From Jimgerdemannia flammicorona (Eukaryota), in the NCBI GenBank assembly GCA_003990765.1, contig RBNJ01000138.1, positions 1-39,591 on the forward strand: 39,591 bases of DNA, given 5' to 3'. The notes under the pieces were generated by a model. It had not been told where the DNA came from. It was given only the letters and a program-made list of their open reading frames with translations, and searched no databases. Position numbers and translations under genes: made by a program. Below are positions 1-12,984 of this stretch, one piece after another; positions within the stretch are counted from its first letter, which is position 1; every line of letters begins with the position of its first letter.

Positions 1-203
1 TGAACCAATAATTTTTTTTTTTTAGATTTTTTTTTAAAGATAAAATAAAAATTTAAAAACAATAAATTTAATATTTTTAAATATCTCTAATATAAAACTA
101 TAATATATTATAATATAAAATATATTTATTTAGAGTATTTTTATTTAAATAATTAAAATATAAAATTTAATAAAACATTGGTTCAGTTTTGGAACATACT
201 ATA
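1..203. mobile_element. Possible Tc1/mariner-type MITE end (AT-rich core with inverted repeat)
   Basis: TGAACCAAT (1-9) is the reverse complement of ATTGGTTCA (177-185), around an extremely AT-rich core. The minus strand at 203-180 reads TA-TAGTATGTTCCAAAACTGAACC, resembling a TA|CAGT... Tc1 TIR with one C>T change. The left end is cut by the window edge. Confidence 0.3.
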
Positions 204-477
204 TTGAAAGTAATTCTGATATCATTCACTACTGGAGAATTTCCTCTAAGAAATCTTCTTAAATATCTATGTCTTGTTTCCCACCAGTGGTATAGGGAGA
301 ATAGGCTTGCTTTCAGTTTTACTATTTTTTCTAGAGAGTTAGTATTCTTTTGTCTTAATTGCTGAGTTCTTGATTTTGTTCATGATAATTATAATGTTCA
401 GGAGGGTAATATATAGTATGTACTGATAGGTGCTGGGTATTCAGTTTTAGTTGTTCAAGGAATCATATTCCTAAACT

Positions 478-620
478 AAGTCAGTGATATTCTGGAGATT
501 GGTCTTAGGTTCCCAGGTTGCATCATAGATTGGGTAACCTTTCTATTTGACAAGGTACTCAGGATGATTCTTATGGCTACATTTGTTGAAGATTTGTTCA
601 ACTTCATATTCTTCTTGGTC
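478..620 (-). pseudogene. Chromodomain at integrase C-terminus
   Basis: Manual translation DQEEYEVEQIFNKCSHKNHPEYLVK*KGYPIYDATWEPKTNLQN matches the chromodomain pattern Y.VE.I...YLVKWKGY....TWEP..NL. Confidence 0.9.
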
Positions 621-1760
621 ATTAATAATAACAGATACAGGTGGTTCTGTAGTTTGGTTTAGGAATAGCTCATTATCATTCTCATTATATTACTTGAGAC
701 ATTGGACATTAAAGACTGGATAAATCTTAATAGTATCTGGTAGTATCAATTTGTAAGAAGTAGGAGAGACTTGTACAATGACTTTGAATGGTCCAATAAA
801 CTTGTTATTTAATTTTGTAGATAATCTGTACTTAAGGTTATCAACTCAATATCTTCAGATGTCTAGTAGAACTTTTTCTCCAATATTGAAAGTTTCTTCT
901 TGGCAATGTTGATTGACATACTATAACTATTGTTCTTGAGCTCATGATAAATTCTTGATTGCAATCTGGCTTAGATTGCACATTTGGAGTAGGAATTCTT
1001 CAATAGCTTCAACAGTGGAAGATTCATCAGTAGTTCAGATAAGTGTCAGAGGAGTGTTTGGATTTTATCCAGTATTGGCAAAGAATGGAGTCATTCTAAG
1101 AGAGGCTTACTTACTATTGTTATAGGCAAAATCAACTGCAGTGAAGTGTTCATACCAATCATCTTGTCTGTAGGAAATATAGTTCCTTAGTATTTATTTT
1201 AAAGTTTGGTTTATTCTTTTAGTTTGGCCATCAGTTTTGGAGTGAAAGGCTATGGATAGTGCAAGTTTTATTCCAAGGTATGCATAGAGGGCTTTCCAAA
1301 AATAGCTGGTAAATTTTGGATCTTAGTCACTAACAATGATCTTAGAAAGACCATGATAGTGGAAGATGTTGTCAAACAAGAGTATGGCTATGTCTGGTAC
1401 TGTTGCAGTAGTAGTAGTTGGTACAAAGTAGGCTTGTTTGCTGAGATAGTCTACAAAGACAACAATTGTATCTTTCCTATTCTTAGTCCAGAGTAGTTGT
1501 ATAATGAAGTCTATAGAAATTTGTTCCCAATTAGTAGATGGTACTATGATGGGGTGGAGTAGGCCAGGTTTTGCTAGAGTTGAGGACTTATTGCATTGGT
1601 AGGTATCACAGGAAGTAATGTAGGTCTTTGCTGATCTGTTATACAGGGCCAATAAAAGTTTCAGAAAATAACTTTGTAATATTTGTCAAATTCTAAATAT
1701 CCAGCAGTAGGGGCATCATGATATTCAAATAGAATAGTCCTTCAGAGGTCTTGGTTATTT
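621..1760 (-). pseudogene. Retrotransposon integrase (decayed)
   Basis: ORF 1323-1652: CDTYQCNK..KPGLLHPI.VP..NWEQISIDFI...IVVFVDYLSKQAYFVP...HGLSKIIVSD. Downstream [17 protein letters not shown] (decayed D,D-35-E region) and KFIGPFKVI (GPY/F motif). Confidence 0.92.
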
Positions 1761-1949
1761 GAAATATATAATCTGTCCTTATAGTAGATAGTATTATCCT
1801 TCAGTTGATATTGATGGTACTGGGTATGCTTATTAGCATCATCACTACTTAGAATTTCTTGGAGTACTTGAGCTTTCTTATTATCAGCATATGCTATGAT
1901 AATTTGTTCCATAATAGAGTTTGTAACCAAGGTGAGAGTTTAGATAACT

Positions 1950-3200
1950 TCTTCAATTGGTGATCTGGAGATTATATCAGCAACAATATTTTCCTTACTA
2001 GGGTGATACTGGATTTTATAGTCAAAGTTGGTGAGAACTTTCATCTATCTGGCTTACTTTCAGAAAAGGGTAGCCTGGGTCTTGATGTTGACTAATGACT
2101 TGTGGTCAGTCAATATGATGAAGTGTGCTCCTTTTAGGTATAGTCACCATTTGATCAGAGTATCTACAATAGCTAACATTTCTTTCTCATAAGTTATATA
2201 GTTAATTTCAGTATCATTGAACTTGTAAGAGTGATAGACCACAGGGTGTCCTTCTTGCATGAGCACTGCTCCAAGAGCTAGATCAGAGGTATCAGTCATA
2301 ACTTTATATAGTAGGGCAGAATTTACTGCTTGAAGTACTGGAGTAGTTATCAAAGCATCCTTTAGTACTTGAAAGGTGGTATCTTATTCAGGTCTCTAAT
2401 TTATAAGATTGTTGAAGTCTTTTTCTTATTTTATAGTCCAGGGCTGTTCTTCTTTCTTACTATGCTTGGTCATTTGGGTAAGGGCAGTAGTAATCTTAAC
2501 AAAGTTGGCAACAAATTACCTATAATAGTTTGCTAATTCTAGGAATGACTAGAGGTCTTCCAGCTTTTTGGGTCTGGGCCAATTCTTGATTGTGGAGATT
2601 TTGCTGGGGTCTACTTTGATTCCATTTGGTATGACAATATGTTTAAGAAATTGAATTTTCTTCAGAAGGAATTCACATTTGCTGAGTTTTGCAAAGAGTT
2701 GGTTTTCTTGGAGTTTCAGTAGTACTAGTTCAAGGTGTTTGAGATGTTCCTCTAGAGTTTTACTGAAGACTAGTATATTGCCAATATAAATAATAATAAA
2801 TTTGTTCAGATATAGGTGCAGGATAATATTCATCAGGGTCTGGAAGGTTGTTGGGCATTAGTTAAGCCAAAGGACATAACCAGGAACTCAAAGTGTCCAT
2901 AGTGAGTTTGAAAGGCTGTCTTGTAGATGTCTTCTTCTTTCATGACAATTTGCTAGTAATCATTTCACAGGTCAAAAGTACTTATAAATTGTAGATTGGT
3001 AAGTCTATTGAATATATCATCAATTCTGAGTAGTGGACAATAGTTCTTGATGGTCTGTTCATTGAGGTCACAGTAATCAATGCACATTTACAGATCTTCT
3101 TCTTTTTTTACAATAAAGAGGACTAGTACATCAATTTCTCTTAGAAATATATGGTAGATTGACTTGAAGGCTGGCTTAACATCTGGAATAGTCTTGATGG
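1950..3200 (-). pseudogene. Reverse transcriptase and RNase H (decayed)
   Basis: [43 protein letters not shown]...LFAKLSKCEF (YLDD mutated); RNase H VMTDTSDLALGAVLMQ...NYITYEKEMLAIV. Confidence 0.93.
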
Positions 3201-3479
3201 TGTGGTCTACTACTTGTTTAGAAGATAGGCCTTTCAGGAGTTTCTTCAGGAATATATCTCAGAATTTCTAGAATAGGGGTCTAACATGGCTGTTAACTTT
3301 GGAAAAGTCTTCTTCAGAGTTCTTGAGTTCTCCTTTGGATGGGCAGATGGAGATGGCAAAGAGAGGGCATTTCTTAGCTAATTTCTTAAGCTATAGCTTA
3401 TTGATATGAGTGATCTTTGGTCCAGAGTCACTAGAGCTAAGTGGGTCCTTTTCACTTTGCAGTTTGAAGTTATGACATT

Positions 3480-3830
3480 CTTTCTTAATGGTCAGAGAAT
3501 GGTTTACCCAATTGATCATGGAGTTCTCTTGTTTCAACTATAAGGTTCTAAGGATAATTTCATTATCAGAAAGTAGTATGATTTAGAGAGTAATATATAC
3601 ATAGTAGTCACCAATTTGGAAGGATAGGTTGCAGACTTTCTTACTAATGACATAAGAGATTCTATCAGCTGTGGCAACTACTTGAGTCTGTTGTATCAGA
3701 GATATCAGAACCTTGAGTCTGTTGGCTATTTCTTTATTAATAAAGTTACCTAAGACACTACTGTCTATTATAATTTTGACAGGTGCTCAGTTGATAAAAG
3801 CTTGAAGTATAAGTAGTTTGTCTGATCCAA
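3480..3830 (-). pseudogene. Retrotransposon aspartic protease (decayed)
   Basis: Manual translation PVKIIIDSSVLGNFINKEIAN (decayed DSGA..NFI), located upstream of RT. Confidence 0.8.
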
Positions 3831-4029
3831 TAGCAGTAATTTTGGTTATAGGAGCTTTCCTTCTGTTGGTTCTTCTTTGAGCCAGTTCATTGACACAAGA
3901 GAAGCAATTGTCAATTATTCAGGAAGAGTATATTCCAATACCATGGGGGTATCAGCCACTTGGTATATATCTGTCTTTGATTTTCTTATAAAATTATTCT
4001 TCTTTATTCATGGTAGATTGAGCTGGGGC

Positions 4030-4445
4030 CTTGTTTGATGAGCCAAATCCTTTGGATCCTTGGATGGTGGGTAGTAGTTCAGAGACTTCCTTGACTGTCA
4101 GAGTTGATTCAATTTTCTCAAATAAGATCTGCATGATGCAGAAACCAATAGAGATCTTGAAGGGTGTCCAACTATGGTTTCAGATGAGAACAATAATTTC
4201 ACCTATATAATCTTTGTTAATGACTCCTCCTTCTACTGAGAGTCCTTTCAATGCTAGACTACTGTAACAGCATATTCTTCCAACATGTCCTTCAGGGATT
4301 TGAATACTGATTTCTGTATAGACTTGCTTGACTTCTTGGTTGGAAACTGTAGCTTTTTCAGCTACATATAGGTCATATTCAGCTGCTTTTTGACTTCCTT
4401 TGGTTGAGACCTTGGCAGTTTGTCTTAACTTGACAAAGTCCAGTA
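4030..4445 (-). pseudogene. dUTPase inside the retrotransposon polyprotein
   Basis: DFVKLRQTAKVSTKGSQKAAEYDLY...IQIPEGHVGRICCYSSLALKGLSVEGGVINKDYIGEIIVLI*NHS..PFKISIGFCIMQILFEKI...TIQGSKGFGSS: all five dUTPase motifs recognisable in decayed form. Confidence 0.9.
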
Positions 4446-5510
4446 TTCTAGTAGTTAGGTTATTGAGGTGGTACAGAGTAGTAACAGTTGCTCATAATGC
4501 TGTTTGGGATTTTCAGTTGAGGTAGATACTAGCTATGTGTTCTGTCTTTTGACAATAGAAGTATGCTCCACTTCTTTGAAGTTTATTCCTTTCTCCTTCA
4601 GTAAGTTTCTTGAAGGTACTCAGCTAGGTAGATTTATGATTTCTGGGTGACTATGAGGTGGGTATTGAGAGAGCTCAGGATGCTTTATGCTTAAGTTCTT
4701 CTTTCTTGGTCCAAGTCTTTTTCTTGTTGTTGAATTGTCTTCGAGGCAGAATTGGTTCAGCTATTAGAATTTGCTTAACTATAGTCTTGATTTTTACCAG
4801 GCATCATTGTTGATAATCACAATCAACTGAGTATTCTTGTTCTCAGATTTTTCTTGTAAGCCAGTTAGGTAGTACATTGAATAGATGGTCTGCTCTTGTA
4901 CCATTTTGTACTTCATCATTGGCAATATATCCTAGACCAACAGTATTCAGAAGTAACTCAAGTTTTATACAGAAGGTTTTGAATTCTTTCTTATTATATA
5001 TATTAAATTTGAGATTGCAGAGTTTTACTTGAGATTTGGTAATCATGGTTTTGCTGTGATATTGAGCAATCATAAGTTGTTTCAGTCCAGGGACTGCAGA
5101 ATAGGCTCTATATCCTGGGGCATTGTTTGCTGCATTCTGAGTAATTACTACAGGTTGGGTATCACATATGAGAGGTTTTTCAGAAAGAGTTCACCACTAT
5201 TCTTCAGCAGATCCTTGGAAGAATGTAACAACTTAACAGATATAGGCTGTTGTAGTAGCAAAGAGTTGTTCCAGAGTGTGGTCTTAATTGTTTGTCAGGA
5301 GGCAGTCAGCAACTTACTCATTGGTCTATTGATTGGCTTCAAAGTTAGTGTCAACTATACTAATAAAGCTTTGGACTTCTTGTGCAGTACCATTGAAGGT
5401 AGGTAGGCTCAGATTTTTAGTAAATTGGGTCTATTCAGCTAAGGCAGTAATGGTTGCTGTCATTATTACTACCTGGGCTATAAGGTCTAGAATCTGTTAG
5501 TTTGCCATAT
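4446..5510 (-). pseudogene. gag with degenerate CCHC zinc knuckle
   Basis: Knuckle GAYFYCQKTEHIASIY near 4520-4570 (decayed CX2CX4HX4C). N-terminal LPTFNGTAQEVQSFI near 5400 resembles a retrotransposon gag start. The coding-like region may extend upstream to ~6530. Confidence 0.65.
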
Positions 5511-6729
5511 TGTTTACTGGAGGTAGTTAGACTGCTGGTAGTGGTATTACTAGTACTACTTGAGGTATTGGTACAGAATGTAAGAGTATTCTTTGAGTCT
5601 ATATAAGTTACTAGAGTAGTAGTTGTAGATCTGAAGTGAGGGCTTGATAAATAGCTATTTGTTGCTATATAGGTGTGTTCTGTCCTGATGGAGGTGTGTC
5701 TTCTTTGGTGGTATATTTAGGATTAAATTCACTAAGATACTCCTCCTTCTCTTCAGCTTGGTCTCCATGTAGGTGGGTTTGCTTAGCATCGAAGTAGATA
5801 GAGTCAGTTGTATATCTGATTTCAGATAGACTTAATTCAAAGTCAAGTTCTGGTTCAGTATTGATTTCAGATTTAGATAGAGCTATAGTAGAGCCTGCTT
5901 CTAGTTTGGGGTCAGGTTGTTGGTGAAGGGTTTCTCTTGCTTCTTCCTTAAGAATATGGTGGGCCTTGCTGTTCTGGAATCAGTAGTATAATGTGGTCTT
6001 AGTCCTGGTGCAGTAAAAGTCAGTAGAGTTGAGCCACTTAGCTATGGAGGCTTGGGCTTCATGAGGAACTAAGGCTAGAAAGACTACTGCTGGTTATTCT
6101 AGATTGCTCAGATTTATAGAGCTGATAAAACTCTTATTGAGAAGAGTAAAGAAGGCTTCTATAAGATCTTCTTTATCTTAGTTTGCTGGGTGTAGTGCAA
6201 GGAGTTTGATATATAGAATTTCACCTATCTGCTAATTTAACTAGAGTACTTCTTTTCTTAAATGAAGTTTGTCCCATTTGTTGTAGGTGTAGAGGTCAAA
6301 TTGTCCTTATACATCAGGTTCAATTTTCTCCAGATTGTCAGATAGTTCAGGATAAATTCCAGTTCAGAGATTGGGCTTTATACCAACTTGTAGAAATTCT
6401 CAGAGGGGTTGGTAGTGGAGTGAGAAAGTATCTTGAAGTAGAATTGGATTGTAAACTACTGCTACTAAGTTGTAAGAGGGTTACTTGTTAAGATAACTAT
6501 TATGTAGTTCTGGAAGGGTTTTCTGGAAGTTCTGGATATTCTAGAAGACTGTTTTCTTAAGGTCAAGATCAATTTCATATAGAGTATATCCTCTACACTT
6601 ATTGATTTCAAGATTGGATTAATGTCTCAACTAAAGTCCTTTTTCAGATTAGTTCTAGATGTTCAGGATTTTTCATATTTCAGAAAGTTCAAGAAACTAA
6701 GATCAGCTTAGTTGAATTGGCATATCACT

Positions 6730-7200
6730 ACAGACAATATCTAATTAGGAAATTTCATGATAGGGTTAGGAGTGAGACTTAATAGAGAGCAGATTTACTT
6801 AAGAGTGATTTGTAGATTATTAAATAGGTTTAATCACTATTTATGATATTACTATACTAGAAGTAGTTATGTGAAGGAATATTGTGGAGAAGTATTTAGG
6901 AATATTCTTATATATTCAAGTCTTTTAAGTCTGAGATTCTGAGGTCTAGAGAAGGGAGTATTTATACTAGTGAGGGGCTATCTAGACTATACTGAATATA
7001 GATATAGTACTTTAGTACCTTGCTGAGTCAGAATGCAGTTATATAGTATAAGTATAATCTGACATATCAAGGGATCATCTGACTGCTGAGTCAGTTTACA
7101 GTCACATCATATAAGACTAATCTAACTATACTATAACTGCTAAGCTATCTATAGATTTAGATACTATCTGGATAGTCTTTGATAATATCACTATTGATGA
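6730..7200 (-). repeat. Putative 5' LTR of the Gypsy element
   Basis: Non-coding stretch upstream of gag with a minus-strand TATAAATA box (~6959-6966) and two TGCTGAGTCAG copies (7021, 7084). No second LTR copy found in the window, so limits are unverified. Confidence 0.4.
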
Positions 7201-7229
7201 TATCATCTCTGATGAAATAGTTATCTAAG

Positions 7230-9428
7230 AAGAGTTGTTTGTAGATTAATTCTTCTTATTCACTGAGGTAATAATATATTGAGACTTTGTCACTATCCTA
7301 TAGGATAGCATCATCTGTCTCATATGCTAAGTAAGGTATTGGTGGGTAAAGGAGGGGTATATTATCTTCACTTTTATCAGATTTGCTGTCTGTATACCTC
7401 TTATAAGTTATGGCACTATGAGTTGCTAGGTTGTAGTAAGCTGGTAGCTGTAGTTCATGTTGCTTGTACTCAGGTAGCAGAGTTGTTAGTTCAATCTTGA
7501 GAGTTATCTGGAGATATAGATTGTGTTCTCTAGTTTCTTCATTATAGTTGAAGTAATCAGAGGTGAATGTAGATTAGTACTCATACCAGTGGTCATTGTC
7601 TCAATAAGTCTTATAGGTAGTTATGAACTATTGTAAGTTCATCAGCAAGGTTGGTAGAGTGATCAGGATTGGTAGGGATCCTTGGCTAGAGGTTATGTCA
7701 GTGTCAGAGAGATCATTGTCTTTGGCTTCATCTTCATCAAATCAGATTATATTATAGATATCCTTCATGGTATATCTAACTTGAAACATCTGCAGAATGT
7801 GGTCATTGGGGTGTGAGAAGGTTCTGTCTGTGGTCTGAACATACTCGAGATACTTGTGGTTGAGTTCTTGTATCATGTTGTCTATTTGGCTATAGGATAT
7901 AGTAGTGACCATTTCAGCAGTAGTAACTCAGAGACAGGAAATAACAGTACTATACTTATAGAAGAGTTCTCAATTTTTGCAGGCAATGAGTTTCTGGTGT
8001 TGAGACATCTGAATAATATCTATATCATAGTGGTGTTCAACTATGTCTTCTAAAAGACAGCCAATCTGGTAGTAGCTTGAGATTTGTCTGATTTGGTGAG
8101 CTTTGCTAAGTATGTTTAGGGTATTCCATCAGGCTTTCATGAAGTAGAGGGGTACTAAGCTATGGATATTTATAAGGAGTAGAGGGGGTGTGGTTCAGTT
8201 GATAATAGCATTCCAAATATCAGTGCAGATATGGTTGTAGATCTCAGTAGTCATGTTTGTGTATATTTAGAAGTTAGGGTTATTTGTTTGGTTTGTTTTG
8301 GTTCTTTGTTTCAATGTATCTCAGTGCTTAGTATATATGCATTTGGTTCTGATTGGTAAGATTCTGTTTGTGTGAATCTTATGTTCTATAACTTTGAGTT
8401 GACTCAGCTTTGTGTGCTATAACTTCAGTTTAACTCAGCTTTGTGATCTTGCAGGTGATTTCCAGATTTGTTCAGAGGTTATGTGTGATTTTGGTGACTT
8501 GTTTGGAGGGTGATATATGATTTCAGTATCTTAGAGGTTATATGCTTACATCTTCAGTAGTCTCTCCAATCTCTGTGAGGCTCACCTTATATGACTTCTT
8601 CTCTAGACCCCCCTCTCTCTCTCAACCTTACCTCAGAACTGCTGAGCATTAGATTTCAAATATTGCCAATAATCCCCAATCTCTAACCCCTGTGCCCTCT
8701 AGCTAATAATCCTAGTACTAATATCTACTATCCATTTATCCTATAAGATATAATCTCTCAGTAATAAAGTATTCATATATCAATATCTAGGTCTCTCTCC
8801 ACTTCTCCCAAATCTTCCACAGTCTAGCTAACCCCAGTGGTCAGACCAAGGGCACTAGACTATCTCAATCATATTCTAGATATTTACTTCATACTCAACA
8901 GTTAATACCTAGTCAATCCTTGATCCCAGCCTTATTATCTAGCTGATGATCTCTCTACTCAAGTCATCCTGTATTTACCAGTGAGCTCAATCTCTCAATC
9001 TTCTCCCAGTCTTCCATTCCTCCACTCCTACCCATCATCCTCTTCTCTCTATCTATCCTGTCCAGCAATCTATTATATATTATATTAAAGTTACTCCTCA
9101 GACAGTCAATCTTCTCAGCTACTATAATATCTACATCTCTTAGTCCTCTTATCCACTCCACATACTCCCCCTTTCTACTGGATAATAATATGACCTAACA
9201 GTCAAGGGACTCCAGTCCAGCCTCCTCCATACTCCCCACACCACTCTGCCCCTCTAATGTCCAATGTCCCCAATATCTCTCTTACTCTTCTTAACTGAAA
9301 TATCTATCTGATCCTACTATACAATTATACCTTCCTATTCTCTTATTCAATCTTATATATCTAAGCCAGTATCATAGTCTATATCCTACAATAAGAACAG
9401 ATCCACATCCAGCCTCTTCAACTAGCTG
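7230..9428 (-). mobile_element. Further heavily decayed repeat/TE-derived DNA
   Basis: CpG nearly absent, strong strand skew that flips near 8570, decayed minus-strand coding-like frame from ATG ~8255, ~31-bp tandem duplication at 8386-8445. Abuts and truncates the CRN gene. Confidence 0.5.
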
Positions 9429-11997
9429 AAGAATCATGCGATAAACTCCATCAAACTGGAGATCCATCACATATGCTCTTCCTAAGAAACCTAATAATAC
9501 ATCTGTTGTCAGCAGTAATAATATCATTCATTTGTCAATAGAGTTTTGAAAAGATCCAAACTACTTACCAACTATATGCAGACCACAGATGACAAGATTC
9601 AGTACACCATCTTCGGTTGACTTATCTATAGCATTTTTCATTACTTTACCAAGACTGACTAGATCCTGTTTAACCAATCTGATCTTTGCATTGAGTGGTT
9701 TTACCTTACCGACTAGCAGTTCAATATGCTTTTGGTCATGTGCTGTCCTGATAATAAAATCTGGCTTCATACCTCAGAGGGCTGGATCAAATCTCTTTTT
9801 CATCATTGATGATGATGTAGATGTGCTATTCGCCCTTTTGAATTAATAGAACAGTATTTATATCCCATTAGTACTATTATATAATATGGAGAATATTCTA
9901 TACCTACCATTCAAATATAGTTCTCCTGTTCTTAAAGAATGGTCCCAATACCGGAGCAATAATGGAGTGAATATGAGTGTCTTCGATATTATGGCTTTGT
10001 GTAAATGATGGCCGCTCATTGTTGACCCTTATATATCATGAGCAGTTTGAGAAAATAATATATTGTTTTTAAGCAAATATCATTATATATCTTGGTATAC
10101 ATATAGGTTTTGAATGATCTCTCTCATCAATTTACTGTTGTTTGTAGTTTGCAAGCTTTGAAGGTAGTTGTGTATAGCAGCCTTTTGCCTAGGATAATTT
10201 GGATTCTTACATGCAATCTAACAAATCATTATTAAACTAGAACAGGTATATATATGCTAAGGATAGATATGTTATATACATCCACCTTGATGGTATTGGC
10301 AAACATCTGAATGATATCATCTGAGATAAATATATATGGGTACATTTTTCGAAATTCAATGAACAAAGTACCCCAGAGCTCATCATCAAAATATCCATCT
10401 AGATCATATGGATTCTCTTCTTGGAAAACAAATACATGGCTTAAGACTCTGTAAAGACATTAAGTAGCTGTATTATTAAATATTCGTCATAATCTGATAT
10501 TGTAAAACAATAATACAGATAACACACAGTTCTTCAAGAGCTGTCAAGTAAGCCTGTATAGTCTCACACTTCTTGATGATTGCCATTCAATATTCACGGC
10601 ATTTACTAGAGATGTCATTTTTTCCTATCATCCACTGATTCAAAAGATAGATGACAATATAAACATATATGCTGGCATATTATAACATATGGTGCAAAAT
10701 AATATTCATTTACCCGAGAGAGATAATCATCCAGGTTCCATTCAATAATTCCAGGACCAATGAAATAGTCCATACAACTATCATTGCTTGCCTTGGAGAC
10801 AGTTGCATCACTATAAGGTGAAGAGAGGATGTAGGATGAATCGGTCACTACTGTATTTGGGCTGTCTGGAATCATATAGTCGACTCTTAATGGTCTTTTT
10901 CTTAGCACTATGGCTGGAGAATCTTTCTAATAGATATATACAGCTATTAATATCTAGACCTCTTTTTATAAATCTGAATAGTAATAAACTTACATTATCT
11001 TGTCTAGGAATGACTGGATAGTCAGATATATCATCGTACTCTTGATAGTGAATACCTGATATTTTGGAGGAAAAAGATATAACACCATTTGTTAAATGGG
11101 CTATTGGCTGGAAGGACCAATACAGCTATGAATAGGCACATCTTTTATTTACTACCCAGCCATCATCAAATCTGCCCCATTTTTACTTATGCCCTAGCAT
11201 AGCTTTACATGCCACCATCACACCAACAACCAATAATTATTTATGCAAATCCACCTCTTTATATGTCATATGTAGTGAATTGATTTTGCTATGAGAAATG
11301 AGCAGAGCTCTTCTACCTGTATCTTCAGCACCCCTTGAACATTTTGATGGCGATGATATAGCTGATATCATATGACCTATTTGAACCAAATATAATAAAT
11401 TCATATATATTTATAATACCTATGAGATAATTACATATTTTCAAATATACATACTTGGAGTTGGTATTGTTTCTCGTAGTACTCGCTTTGACATATATGG
11501 TCTGATGGATGGGGGTGGTGGGATATCGAGGTCTGAATGCCAAATAAACATCTGTTAGATAGGTATATATCGAAATAAACAAATATTACAGCAAATAACA
11601 TACACTGAAATAGTGGTGGTGTGACATCTGGCAGAGCTCGTTTGCTGGCATGAGGGCATTCAACAATGATATGGATGTGTCCATCATCAAGAGGTTCAGA
11701 AAAATACTTCTGGACCTTATGGGCTACTGGCAGATTAACTCCTTTTAACACAGTATCAATAGTAGCCATTGGATCAGCTTTGAGTGCGGTCAATAGAACA
11801 TTGGGGTTATCAAGTGGAATGTCAACCATCCATAGTTCGAGGTTTTTGGCTGTAATATGATCAAGTTCCGGTGAACATTTTTCTTTGATGAGGTCCTTCA
11901 GTGTACCGAAACTTTTAGTCTTCCTAATCTCCATAGGAAAGTTTTGGTGTAATGGGCTGGAATCACCGTAGATAAGATAGTTGAGAGTGATGGACAT
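9429..11997 (-). pseudogene. Crinkler (CRN) effector-like gene with C-terminal PD-(D/E)xK (REase-like) domain, multi-exon, 3' truncated
   Basis: N-terminus MSITLNYLIYGD...LKDLIKEK...LELWMVDIP...HIHIIVECP (CRN LxLxxx and HVLVxxP motifs). Downstream exons give KPDFIIR...ELLVGKVK and VMDLQFDGVYRMIL; GT-AG introns. Confidence 0.8.
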
Positions 11998-12984
11998 ATT
12001 GAATGCTGTATAAATGATCTGGTGAGATAATAGTACTAGTAGCAGTGGGTCCAAGATGCAGTATTTACTTACAGTTAGGCAGGCACACTATTATAGGTAG
12101 AGTAAGAGGGAAAACAATGCATGTTACACTTTTAATCAGACAGTAGATCCGAGATACTGGTAAACCTATGTCACACATCAGCTGCTTACCAATATAATGC
12201 CTATTTGGGTGCTGGCGCAGCATACATCCCTTAATCTATCATACTTTTCCAAAGAATCTTACCATCAGGCAATTTGTCCGCCTTTGTGCGGGGAATTGTT
12301 TTATCACCATCAAATGAATTATCTAATATGTCTGATGCCACAATCTTAATCATAATCATGTTTTCTACAAAATATATGCCATGTCTGGAATGAGACATAT
12401 GTTGTGTATAAGATCCTTAGTATATATACTGGCCAACAAAGGGAATCCCCACATCCTTAACACTACAATTGATCATGCAAGGCCTCTTTGCAAAAAGGTA
12501 TCAAGTCTACATTTAGGTGCCAATATTTTTTATATCCATCTTCAAATATGGCTATAAGAAATATCGATGCTTAATTCTGGGCTAAACATTTAAAACCCCC
12601 AACATGACCAGTACCCTCTGTACAAGTCTCTGAGAATATAATTTACTATATGTATAGACCCATATTCAAATAAAGTGCAGTTGCAGCATACTTTATACCA
12701 AAATTTACAATCTGGCTACTGAAGACAAATAACATCACAAATCTATTTGCAAAAATCTCAAATTCCACATTTCCACTCCTTACTGAAATCCTATAATATA
12801 TAACATACTATCAAACTATAGATATAATGTCAATCTAACTATAGTATAACTTTTGTCAGTATTGCCTTTTGCAATAGACAATTCACCACAGTCAGACTTT
12901 TTCAAGGATCCTGCTAGACTACTAGTTATATGCAAACTGGCTCTAGTAGAGCAACCATTTTTACATGTCATTACAGCCAGATCC

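Larger units (their letters stand above)
204..7200 (-). mobile_element. Degenerate Ty3/Gypsy LTR retrotransposon (chromovirus) carrying a dUTPase
   Basis: Minus-strand domain order gag/CCHC-dUTPase-PR-RT-RNaseH-IN-chromodomain, all broken by stops and frameshifts; CpG almost absent. Boundaries approximate. Confidence 0.93.
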
